A stretch of 64,000 bases of DNA, taken from the NCBI GenBank assembly GCA_951406725.2, contig OX597819.1, positions 108,748,001 through 108,812,000 on the forward strand. Reading direction: 5' to 3'. Made by a program: the position numbers and the translations under genes. Under the pieces are notes generated by a model, which saw only the letters and a program-made list of their open reading frames with translations, was not told where the DNA came from and did no database searches. Positions 1-11,495 of the stretch are shown in pieces. Position 1 is the stretch's first letter; the number at the start of each line of letters is the position of its first letter. The stretch comes from Octopus vulgaris. Lineage: Eukaryota.

Positions 1-999
1 ATAAGTAAATCGAAACATTTTCATCAACTCCAGCCAAAAGCTTGCCAAATAAATAACCCTGGGCTTGCAACTCATACTGAACACTTTCGTACCACATTGT
101 ACATTTATATGATTATCATATACTTTATTTGGATTTATTTTATTCCTCATCAACAACAAAACTTATAAGTGAGGACCTACTGAAAATACTGCATACACTA
201 GTGCAATTTTGTAGGAGTGGTAGGACGTATTGTCAATTCTTTTAATAGCAGTATATTACTGGTACTTATTTTATCAATCCCAGAAGGTGGAATGGCTGTG
301 GCTTGAACACAGTATATTGAGAGATGAAACTTAAATACTGTACAGCAGCCTATAGTCTTTCACTTGACTTTCTCATCTTAACAAATGACAGTCACTCAAG
401 CTGCTAGAAAAAGCAACCAAATCTCTCAGATTTTACCCTACCATCTTTAAATAGAAAAAGAGGTGTTTCATTTGAGAACACTGTCCTCAATACTCAATGC
501 CTGTAAAATAAGATGGGATGATCACAATTGAAATATCTTTAAGTATAAGTCTGCTGGATCAGGGTTGATTTGGGGTTACACTACAACAAAAACAACAATG
601 AGCCAGTGAAGGATATCATCATTTGACCTTTCAGAAGTAGCAGTCAAATTGCCTTCAAATAACAGCCCACTATAGTTTTTTAAAAAAAAGTGAAAAAGAC
701 AATAATGACTTAGGTATTAACAAGATAAGATAGTCACAACTGGTATATATTTGATCTTTCCAAAATCCGCCGAAACTACACCTGATTATATATACACTTT
801 AGATGAGTTGTAGTGCACCTGAGCACTGTACACATCATCATCATCATCATCATCATTTAGCGTCCGTTTTCCATGCTAGCATGGGTTGGACGGTTCAACT
901 GGGGTCTGGGGAGCCCGAAGGCTGCACCAGGCCAGTCAGATCTGGCAGTGTTTCTACAGCTGGATGCCCTTCCTAACGCCAACCACTCCGAGAGTGTAG

Positions 1000-3286
1000 T
1001 GGGTGATTTTATGTGCCACCGACACAGGTGCCAGACGAGGCTGGCGAACGGCCACGCTCGGATGGTGTTTTTATGTGCCAACGACACAGGTGCCAGACGA
1101 GGCTGGCAGACGGCCACGCTCGGATGGTGTTTTTATGTGCCACCGACACAGGTGCCAGATGAGGCTGGCGGACGGCCACGATCGGATGGTGTTTGTTACG
1201 TCCCCAAAGCACGGAGGCCAGTCTATGCGGTACTGGCTACAGCCACGTTCGGATGATTTTCTTGTGTGCCACCGGCACTGGTACCACAAAGATACAAATT
1301 CCATTGATGTTCATCTATTTTGATTTGTTTTGATTTGATTTGATTTTCACTTGCCTCAACAGGTCTTCACAAGTGTCACAAGAAGGAAGGTATGCACAGG
1401 TGAACTGACTACGTCCCAGGTAGGGGCCACGGGTTATGGCCTGACTAGTCTTGCCGGGTCTTCGGATGGTGTTTTTATGTGCCACCGACACAGGTGCCAG
1501 ATGAGGCTGGCGAACGGCCACGATCGGATGGTGTTTGTTGCGTGCCCACAGCACGGAGGCCAGTCGATGCGGTACTGGCTACGGCCACGTTCGGATGGTT
1601 TTCTTGTGTGCCACCGGCACTGGTACCACAAGATACAAATTCCATTGATGTTCATCTATTTTGATTTGATTTGATTTGATTTTCACTTGCCTCAACAGGT
1701 CTTCACAGGTCTTCACAAGTGTCACAAGAAGGAAGGAAGGTATGCACAGGTGGACTGACTACATCCCAAGTAGGGGCCATGGGTTATGGCCTGACTAGTC
1801 TTGCCGGGTCTTCAGTTGGTGTTTTTATGTGCCACCGACACAGGTGCCAGATGAGGCTGGCGGACGGCCACGATCGGATGGTGTTTGTTATGTGCCCACA
1901 TCACAGAGGCCAGTCGATGCGGTACTGGCTACGGCCACGTTCGGATGGTTTTCTTGTGTGCCACCGGTACTGGTACCACAAAGATACAAATTCCATTGAT
2001 GTTCATCTATTTTGATTTGGTTTGATTTGATTTGATTTGATTTTGATTTTCACTTGCCTCAACAGGTCTACACAAGTGTCACACACTTGCCTCAACAGGT
2101 CTTCACAAGTGTCATAAGTAGGAAGGTATGCACAGGTGGACTGACTACGTCGCCGGGTCTTCGGATGGTGTTTTTATGTGCCACCGACACAGGTGCCAGA
2201 TGAGGCTGGCGAACGGCCACGATCGGATGGTTTTCTTGTGTGCCACCGGTACTGGAACCACAAAGATACAAATTCCATTGATGTTCATCTATTTTGATTT
2301 GTTTTGATTTGATTTTCACTTGCCTCAACAGGTCTTCACAAGTGTCACACGTGTCACACACTTGCCTCAACAGGTCTCCACAAGTGTCACACACTTGCCT
2401 CTGCCTCAACAGGTCTTCACAAAGTGTCACACACTTGCCTCTGCCTCAACAGGTCTTCACAAGTGTCACACACTTGCCTCAACAGGTCTTCACAAGTGTC
2501 ATAAGAGGGAAGGTATGCACAGGTGGACTGACTACGTCGCCGGGTCTTCGGATGGTGTTTTTATGTGCCACCGACACAGGTGCCAGATGAGGCTGGCGAA
2601 CGGCCACGATCAGATGGTGTTTGTTGTGCCCACAGCACGGAGGCCAGTCGATGCGGTACTGGCTACGGCCACGTTCGGATGGTTTTCTTGTGTGCCACCG
2701 GTACTGGAACCACAAAGATACAAATTCCATTGATGTTCATCTATTTTGATTTGGTTTGATTTGATTTTCACTTGCCTCAACAGGTCTTCACAAGGGTCAC
2801 ACACTTGCCTCAACAGGTCTCCACAAGTGTCACACACTTGCCTCTGCCTCAACAGGTCTTCACAAGTGTCACACACTTGCCTCAACAGGTCTTCACAAGT
2901 GTCATAAGAGGGAAGGTATGCACAGGTGGACTGACTACGTCGCCGGGTCTTCGGATGGTGTCATTATGTGCCACTGACACAGGTGCCAGATGAGGCTGGC
3001 GAACGGCCACGATCGGATGGTGTTTGTTGTGCCCACAGCACGGAGGCCAGTCGATGCGGTACTGGCTACGGCCACGTTTGGGTGGTTTTCTTGTGTGCCA
3101 CCGGCACTGGTACCACAAAGAATACAATTCCACTGATGTTCATCTATTTTGATTTGTTTTGATTTGATTTTCACTTGCCTCAACAGGTCTTCATAAGTGT
3201 CACAAGAAGGAAGGTATGCACAGGAGGACTGACTACGTCCCAGGTAGGGGCCACGGGTTATGGCCTGACTAGTCTTGCCGGGTCTT
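1000..3286. repeat. Hierarchical tandem array of the RTE 3'UTR (about 6 units of 335-400 bp with ~59-bp and 24-31-bp subunits)
   Basis: The unit boundary GCCGGGTCTTC recurs near 1455, 1805, 2153, 2540, 2943 and 3278. The subunit ACTTGCCTCAACAGGTCTTCACAAGTGTCACAC varies in copy number between units. Confidence 0.92.
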
Positions 3287-4335
3287 CTCACGCACAGCAT
3301 ACTTCCATAGGTCTCGGTCTCTAGACATTTCCTTAGTGAGACCTAAAGTTCGAAGGTCGTGCTTCACCACCTCGTCCCAGGTTTTCCTGGGTCTACCTCT
3401 TCCACAGGTTCCCTCAACTGCTAGGGTGTAGCACTTTTGCACACAACTATCTTCAGCCTTTCTCGTCACATGACCATACCAGCGCAGCCGTCTCTCTTGC
3501 ACACCACAACTGACGCTTCTTAGGTTCAACTTTTCTCTCAAGGAACTTACACTCTGACGATTATGAACACTGACATTACACATCCATCGGAGCATACTGG
3601 CTTCATTTCTTGCGAGCTTACGCATATCCTCAGCAGTCACGGCCCATGTTTCACTACCATGTAGCATGGCTGTACGTACACATGCATCATACAGTCTGCC
3701 TTTTACTCTGAGCGAGAGGCCTTTTGTCACCAGCAGGGGTAAGAGCTCTCTAAACTTTGCCCAGGCTATTCTTACTCTAGCAGTTACACTTTCAGCACAC
3801 CCACCCCCGCTACTGACTTGGTCTCCTAGGTAGCGGAAGCTATCAACTACTTCTAGTTTGTCTCCCTGGAACGTGGCAGAAGTTGGTCTCTGCACATTTC
3901 CAGTGTTTATTGCTCCTGAGCATTTGCCACAGACAAAAACTATTTTCCTAGTTAGCCTTCCTTTGACATTGCTGCACCTCTTATGTGTTCATAGCTTACA
4001 CTTGGTGCATCTTATAGTTTCTACCTACACCTTTTTTACAGATCGAGCAGGGCCATCTACCTGAAGGCGTTTGTGATTGATCTACCTTCCTACTTATTAG
4101 GACTTTGGTTTTGGCTAGGTTGATTCTAAGGCCCTTCGATTCTAATCCTTGTTTCCACACCTGAAACTTCTCCTCCAGTTCTGATAGTGACTCAGCAATT
4201 AGAGCAAGGTCATCAGCATAGAGGAGCTCCCAGGGGCAACCTGTCTTGAATTCCTCCGTTATTGCCTGGAGGACTATGATAAATAGGAGGGGACTGAGGA
4301 CTGAACCTTGGTGGACCCCAACCTCTACCCGGAAC
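3269..4335 (-). pseudogene. Disrupted RTE ORF (RT C-terminal half, PHD-like finger, C-terminal domain)
   Basis: ORFs 3996-4367 and 3269-3895 join across a 2-nt deletion near 4016 and a TGA (probably from TGG) near 3990. Confidence 0.9.
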
Positions 4336-4814
4336 ACAATTATTATTATTATTATTGGGCTGCTCAATCAGTGCTAGTAGTAGGGGTGGATCTAAACAAT
4401 AGTGCACTTACTGTGCAGATAAGTATTATACATAAGGTCTGATTTCAAATCTACCTTATATTTAACTGTGCCTGTTGGAACACAGTGTGACCTTGTACCT
4501 AAGTTAGAAATGCTTACAGACAGCATGCTTGTCTTGTTTACGATATAATTGTATGTTGCTATATTTTATATTTCCATTTGAATAGTCTCTAATAATAATG
4601 ATAATTTCCAGCAATGGTATAAGGCAAATATCTAAATTGACTGGTACTTTGAAGAATGAAAGACTAAGTCAACACTTTGTGTAATATTAAGAACCATAAA
4701 GGGAGATAACTAAATACTGCATGCGATAGTTCACTATTCTATTCCAGCACGCCACTGGTTCACCACTTTACTGATTCAACTACTCAGTTGCTTCTATAAT
4801 AATAATAATAATAA

Positions 4815-5025
4815 TCCTTTCTGCTATAGGCACAACAAATTTTGGGTAGTGGGGTCAGTTGATTACATCAAACCCAGTGTTCAACTGGTACTCATTTGAT
4901 CGATGCTGAAAGGACAAAAGGCAAAGTCAACCTTGGCAGAATTTGAACTCAGAACATAAACATGGACGAAATAATACTAAGAATTGTGTCCAGTGTGCTA
5001 ACAGTTCTGCCATCTTACCACCTTA
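4815..5025 (-). mobile_element. SINE family C copy
   Basis: Shares CAACTGGTACT...GGCAAAGTCAACC...GAATTTGAACTCAGAA with copies near 17572-17772, 20420-20635, 38790-38964, 40945-41184 and 62785-62965. Confidence 0.82.
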
Positions 5026-5275
5026 TATAACAACTAAGACATATCTTTTGCTCATCCTACTAGAAATTTCTCGCAAAGTTACTCTATCAATTTAGAAATG
5101 AACACATTGGATAATGTAGTCTGGGGTACACTGTCTGGCAAAATGACAGGATGGTCATGGTTGGAATTCTTTTGATCATAAGGTCTCTTGATCAGGGCTG
5201 ACCTGGGGTTGAGGAACAACAATAACATAATAATAGTATGGATTATATGTTTTCTTTTATTTATTTTAAATACAG

Positions 5276-5470
5276 AGATGAGAAACTCCAAAGGGGTTTG
5301 GCCTTCCAGAACCTTCAACCCCTCTGTGTAGGCTTGGTGAAGGAACCAACTGTCCAAAAGCTGGAATTATTAAAGAACCAACTGAAGGCTGTTGACAGAG
5401 AGATTCTAGGAGAACTTTATGAATATGTATTGTTTCCTCTTCGTTTGATCTTGAAGCAGAACGCTTGCAA
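5276..5470 (+). CDS. TTI1: TTI1 coding exon 1 (first found in window)
   Basis: tacag acceptor; DEKLQRGLAFQNLQPLCV...YVLFPLRLILKQNAC; gtaatt donor. The acceptor could instead be 2 nt further 3' (5278). Confidence 0.88.
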
Positions 5471-8400
5471 GTAATTTAATCTTTCTATTTAAAAAAAATT
5501 TTGTTTTTGCAACATCATCATCATTACTACCATCAATCATCATCACCAATCATTATTACCACCATCATCAATCATCATTACTGTTACTATCATCTTCATC
5601 ACAGTCATCAGTGTTATAGCCATTGTCAACATCATTGTAATCACCGTTGTTGTCATCATCACTATCATCATTGCCACCTTCATCACCTCCATCACCATCT
5701 TTGTCATCAATGCATAATAAATTGGTTGGACTTTTCCAACTAAATGCTATTGCTATCATGAACCTCTATCAGCGTTATTTGGGTGTATTTATTATGGCAC
5801 CAGTGTTAGATCACTTGACTGTACAGAAGGGCCCCTTTAATACAGATCTCATGTTAGAGTAATTTATTTGAAGCATACTTCTTCCTAGGTAGGTTGTCTT
5901 CACTATGGCAGAGAAACCATGTCTTTCCTGAGTATATATCTAGGGTAGGATGGAGGAAGTAACCTGAAGTAGTATTTATTTTATAGGATGTTAGTTATTT
6001 ATTAAAAGGGGTTTTTATCAAGACAAGTAAAGTAACTTAGGAGGGAAGGAAAGGTGGCTGGTTGTTTATCATAATGCACTGGAGCCTTCTCCCTTCAACA
6101 GTTTAAACATAATTTACATTAAGCTCACTGATTTTGGGGAGGCGCAATGGCCCAGTGGTTAGGGCAGCAGACTCGCAGTCGGAGGATCACAGTTTCGATT
6201 CCCAGACTGCGCGTTGTGTGTGTTTATTGAGCGAAAACACCTAAAAGCTCCATGAGGCTCCAGCAGGGAGCGGTGGCAACTCCTGTTGTACTCGTTTGCC
6301 ACAACTTTCTCCCACTCTCTCTTCCTGTTTCTTGAGTAACGCTGCAATGGACTGGTGTCCCGTCCTGCTGGAGTGAACACATACGCCACAGAAACCAGGA
6401 AACCGGCCCATTAGTCTGGCTAGGCTTGAAAAGGGCGACATTTTTTATCACTGATTTTGGGAGGTTTGCCAAGGCCATGGCCACTACTCCTTCCTCCAGC
6501 CTCAACAAGTAAACACACATATATTGCTGTTTATATCCACTTGCATGAGTAGGATGGTGTCTTTTTTGCTTTTGTTAGAGCAGTGCCCTTCCACTTTACA
6601 AATTACTCAATGCTGAAGTAGTAGTGAAACTAGATTTTATAATTCATGTTAAATGTAGCAGTGAAAGTTATTACTCTGGATGTACCGATAAATTTTAAAT
6701 TTATGTTAAATTATTCTACATTTTTAATTAATTCTATTTTTAGAAAAGACACGTTTCTAACCCTCCTTGCCCAGTGTACTGCTGATGTATTGTCTGCTGC
6801 CACTATTGAAAAGTGGGACACATTCAAAGACCTGTTTGTCACTTACACTGTGCTACTAGGGTCCCCAGAAGAATCTAATAATAAAAGTGAGTAAAGTCCT
6901 CTTTACTATTTACACATAAACTGAATTACTGTCAGTGCATGTATCAAGATATTAATTCTTTCACTGGTTTCAATCATTGGACTGCAGTCTTGCTGGGAGA
7001 CTACCCTCAGAAGGATTTTACTTGATTATATTGATCTCCTTACTTTGTCTTATGTTTATTTTATTGATCTCAGAGAAGATTGGAAAGCTAATTGGATGTA
7101 TTTATGAAAGGTGTTACCAAAGCACTGAGGGTAGTATCTCCCACTGTGGTATTATAATTAATTACCTCTGCAAAATTTATATTATCTGTTTCCCCTCTCT
7201 ACTTTACTTTCTTTCACTTGTGTGTTTTTTTCTTTTTCTCCTCATTTTTTATTGACTTTCTCCTTTTTTTTTTCATTTACTCTTTCTTTAAATCTCTTTC
7301 CTCTCATCTGTTAGTTTCCTTCTGTCTCTCTCTCTTCCCATTATCTTTACTTTTATCCCTTGTCTTTTTTCACCCTCTTTTTTTCACTACACCATTTTTT
7401 TTTTTACATTTCAGTCAGTACTTTAAGTGAAGAACTAAAGTTGGCCATTGTTGATGTCCTGTCTATCTTATTGAAGAATTCAAATTATGAGTAAATATCA
7501 CTCTTTCTACTATGAGTGTGTGGTGTTCAGATGTTGAAATATTGGTCATCTTAGACAAAACGCTCTACTTACCTCAGTCTCCCTTGTTATATAATATGTA
7601 CCACCAAGTCCTGCAACAGTTGTTGTGTTGTCTCCTTAGACAATACACTTACCTAGTTGTACAACAGGTACCATCACTCATTAAGCTAATCATTAATCTA
7701 CCTCTGGCCAACCAGGTATTTCAAGGTGGATAAAGTGCCTTATATAAAAACATGTAGCAGCTTTAGTATCATTATTTGAACTTGTGAACTTTGGTTTACA
7801 CATTCTGCATCTTAAACATTTCAATCCATTGTGGATTTTCACTGGACAATTTCCAAAGATTGAGTTGAGAGAGGGTTGTTAGACTTTCCCTACACCTAAA
7901 TAATAGCCCTTAGTTAACCTTGATTGAATGAATCTATAGTTAGCTGGTCAAATGATTTGTAATTCTCGATATGCCATACCTCTGTCTAGTTGAAGACTAC
8001 ACTATACATTTTGATATGCTGTAGAAACAAATCAAAATGAAACTCACAGAAAGTAGAATCAACAATGGTGTATGAACAATACATTAGATTTATTGCTGAT
8101 TATGCCAGTCCTACCTGGAGTCCTAATTTCTCTGTATAAACTACAATGAATGCCCAAAACAGTGCTTTTTGAATCATCACAAATTGCAGACAATTTGCAT
8201 AATGAAATAAAAATACTTAATGGTCATTTGGACATGTTACTGCAGCAAGCTCCAACCATCATAGGTACATCTACAATACCACTTTTAATTATCATTCCCA
8301 CTCAATCTAGACAAATGTATCAAACACAGGCACATCCCCACAAAAATACCAGCAACCTCAATGATGTTGTCCAAAACATTGTACAGAGATGTATACCACC

Positions 8401-11400
8401 AATGGTAATATCAGAGAAATAGCATGATATGACAAAAGTTCATCTTGCCTAAACTCCACTAGCCATCACCAGAACTTGCTTGGAATAGGTGCACCATATC
8501 AAAACTGCTATACTATTGCACTATATATGATAATGTACTGTGAAAGTATATCTAGAACAGTGTATGTGTGAATCACTTTGAACTGTTTGACCCACTATCT
8601 GTGTGAAGTGGGTCTGCTGGGTTGGGAACGACTAGGGGTTACACAACAGCACAAGCACTATCAACAATGGTAATGCTATCTTTTTTAGATTTCTTGAGGA
8701 ACCTCTTTATACTCAACGTAAGAAAGGGATCTATCTAAGCAGCCTACATGCTTTATTTCCCCAAGCATACTCCATCTGTTATTTGTTAATATCTGCAGCT
8801 TGTAATTACAGCTCTATTCAAACTTCTTTCTGTGTTGTGAAGAACATTACATATTTCATCTGTTATCTGTTAATATCTGTAGCTTCTGTCATTGCAGCAA
8901 TGTCCTCACTCATCTCTACATTGTGAAGAACATCACACTTCTGGGACACACAGTCTCATCATTGCTGTCTCTCATTGAACATGAGAAGATGCGTAAACTA
9001 CGGGTGTCAGCTATGGATTGCCTTGCTGCCTTGAGTTTATATGATAATGGTAAGAAATCAACTTTAGTTTGGTTCTACATTATAAGTGTTCGCATTGATA
9101 AACATTGTAATTAGAAATGATGACTTTTAATGTTGTTTAGTGCCAGGTCACCTCTGATCCAGTACAATTATGAGCAATGGTATTACAACAATGATCATCT
9201 TGTTATTGTTCTGTTTGTTTTCAAACAGTCCAAATCTATCTAAAACTACATCGTTGTATCCTTCTCTTTTTAAAGACAGTGCATGTAATTTGAAGGAGAT
9301 TTAGTTTCTGTTTCTAGTAGGTTCCGCTACCATATAAAGGCTCTCTTATTATTTCAAGTGTTTTCTGTTTTGCTTTTTGTAGGTAACACAAAAATCCGTG
9401 TGAAGTGTGGAAACATGTTTTCCTCCTTCTTACCTAGGATCTCAATTGTTTTAAGTTCAGTTATCACTGGGGACCACATCCAGGGCCACCAAGTAATTAA
9501 AGTAAGATGTTGTTTAATTTCTAATCCACTGTGGTTTTTATCATGTGTAATGTTAACTTTTGAGACAAAGACAGTGGAAGTTAGTTTGGTATTAGGATGA
9601 TTAATGTCAACCCATTGAAGCTGACCTTTATTAAAATGTCCTTATTTAAAGAAAAATATTAATTGAAATGTCATCAGTGATGAACTTTCAGTTTAATGAT
9701 AATATAATATTTCAGAAAGTAACTATTTGTCTTTCATTTAATTGTACTCCAGACACCATATAACTAATAATGTTATAGTAGCGTTCAGCATGACTGTAGT
9801 CCAATGATTTAAACTAATGACACAATAATAGAGTATATGTTTCTCTAGACAGCTATTGACACCTTAAGGAAGATTGTGCTGCTAATAATGACAGACAAGT
9901 TAATTGAGGAGAGTCAGAAAGACATACATCATCTAAACACTGGTGAGTATGTGCTTAATCTTATAATTTTTACTTTTATGAGTTTATCTAAGCTTTCTGT
10001 AACAACCATCTTTCTGTATTTCTGTCTCATCCTTTTACTCTCCTTTTTTCTATCTTGCTTTGTCTGTCTTTCTCTCTCATACATGTGCGCATGTGTATAT
10101 GTGTATGTATCTACTAGTGTGTCACTAGGTGATGGAAGGAAAGCATTGAATAATGTATTTTTTTTTTACCTAGACTCACCCTTTGAAGTTGATCCATTGT
10201 GAAGGAGAAACTTAAGAGTTCTGCTTCATAAATGAAAACAAGAACCATTAGCTCATATTTTTAAAATTCTTCTTTGGTTTCAGCTGGAGGCTGTGACCAT
10301 ACTGGGATACTGCCATTAAAAAGATGATGCTTATAGCATCTAGATTTCTCAAGAGGTCACCCAACAGCCACTTTTCTGATTACCAATATCACCTTCAAAT
10401 AAAAGTGATGTCAATGGGTACAAATGTCAGACACACTTTTGCAACACTAGTGATGAGATTTCTAGAAGAAAAATCCATGTCTGATCCAACATTATTTGTA
10501 ATTGGCCTGTTCAATCCCACTCAAAAGATAACTAGAAAGGATTCTTGGATGACTGTTTCATTGTTTGTAATAGAAATAAAGAAGATCTTACAAGTTTCCA
10601 TTAATTAATAGCTTTCAAGAATTGATCCAATTCACAATGAAAATGAATGAGAAGGAACTTCCTTTCTTGAATATTTAAATAATTAAGGAAACAAGATTTT
10701 TACAACATGTGTTGTTTACTTTTTCTCCTGTTTGTATACTCAAACATGTATAAAGATTTTTATAGGGTTTTTTTTTTCCATATATTTTTACTAAAATTTC
10801 AGATGTTGAGAATGAAAAACTTCGTAATCTAATTGTCAACAGAGATCAAAAATGGATTGAAAAGACAGCTGAGAAACTCCTCATAATAGTTAAGCAAGTT
10901 GGGAGTATTCGACAGCACTATCATTCAGGAGTACGACTCAGTTTAGTGGAGTGGGCTCACGCCATACTCAACAACTGTACAAGGTAACTTAATATTCTGG
11001 ATGTCTTTTTTTTCCATTTTTTTTTAGATGCTATTTTTTTCTGTACTCTTATGTGTTTAATTTACATTTTTACATGCATGTACATATATATTCACATACA
11101 CTTGTGTGCACATACACATACATGCAATATATACATTGTTTATATGCAATTATGCTTAACTCTTAAGCAGTCAGATTACTGTCAAGTGTAATGTTTGCTT
11201 ATTTACATCGTTTTGAATTAACCATGCATTATCTTACACCTTTAAGATTTCAACAATGTGATTGTTTATTTTTAGAATTACATTGTAGGGTAGGTGTGAC
11301 AGGCCAGATCTGGCTAGTTTGAACATAAAACAGGTAGAATATTTGGGCCAGATTTGCACAGCTTAAATGCTAACAAGTTAATTGACACACACTTGCACTC

Positions 11401-11450
11401 ATTTAGACAGCCACATATAATTGTATCATTTTACACTCCTACACATGTAC

Positions 11451-11495
<45 letters not shown>

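Larger units (their letters stand above)
833..4335 (-). mobile_element. 5'-truncated RTE-clade LINE with tandemly expanded 3'UTR and (GAT)n tail
   Basis: RT motifs QGSVLSPLLF and YADD; RTE C-terminal motifs FRYLG, MLHGSETW, RLRWYGHV, GRGRPRKTW; (CAT)n at 833-856 on the + strand. Confidence 0.93.

Noticed and set aside
2290-2900. 24-31 bp direct repeats resembling a CRISPR array
   Set aside because: The repeats are contiguous with no unique spacers, lie inside a LINE 3'UTR in eukaryotic DNA, and no cas genes are present
857-3300. Many overlapping 60-137 aa ORFs
   Set aside because: They are translations of the repeated non-coding RTE 3'UTR
5238-5275. In-frame ATG giving MDYMFSFIYFKY as the TTI1 start
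   Set aside because: The region looks like a polypyrimidine tract and acceptor; the true start is probably in an upstream exon that I could not identify
5501-5743. His-rich ORF, and an Asp-rich ORF on the opposite strand
   Set aside because: Product of an intronic (CAT)n tract
6139-6210. tRNA gene
   Set aside because: It is a SINE head: followed by a family body, flanked by a TSD, and lacking a full cloverleaf and terminator. The same applies at 21901 and 57993.
8150-8422. 90-aa intronic ORF
   Set aside because: No recognisable motif or splice context; possibly an old transposon remnant
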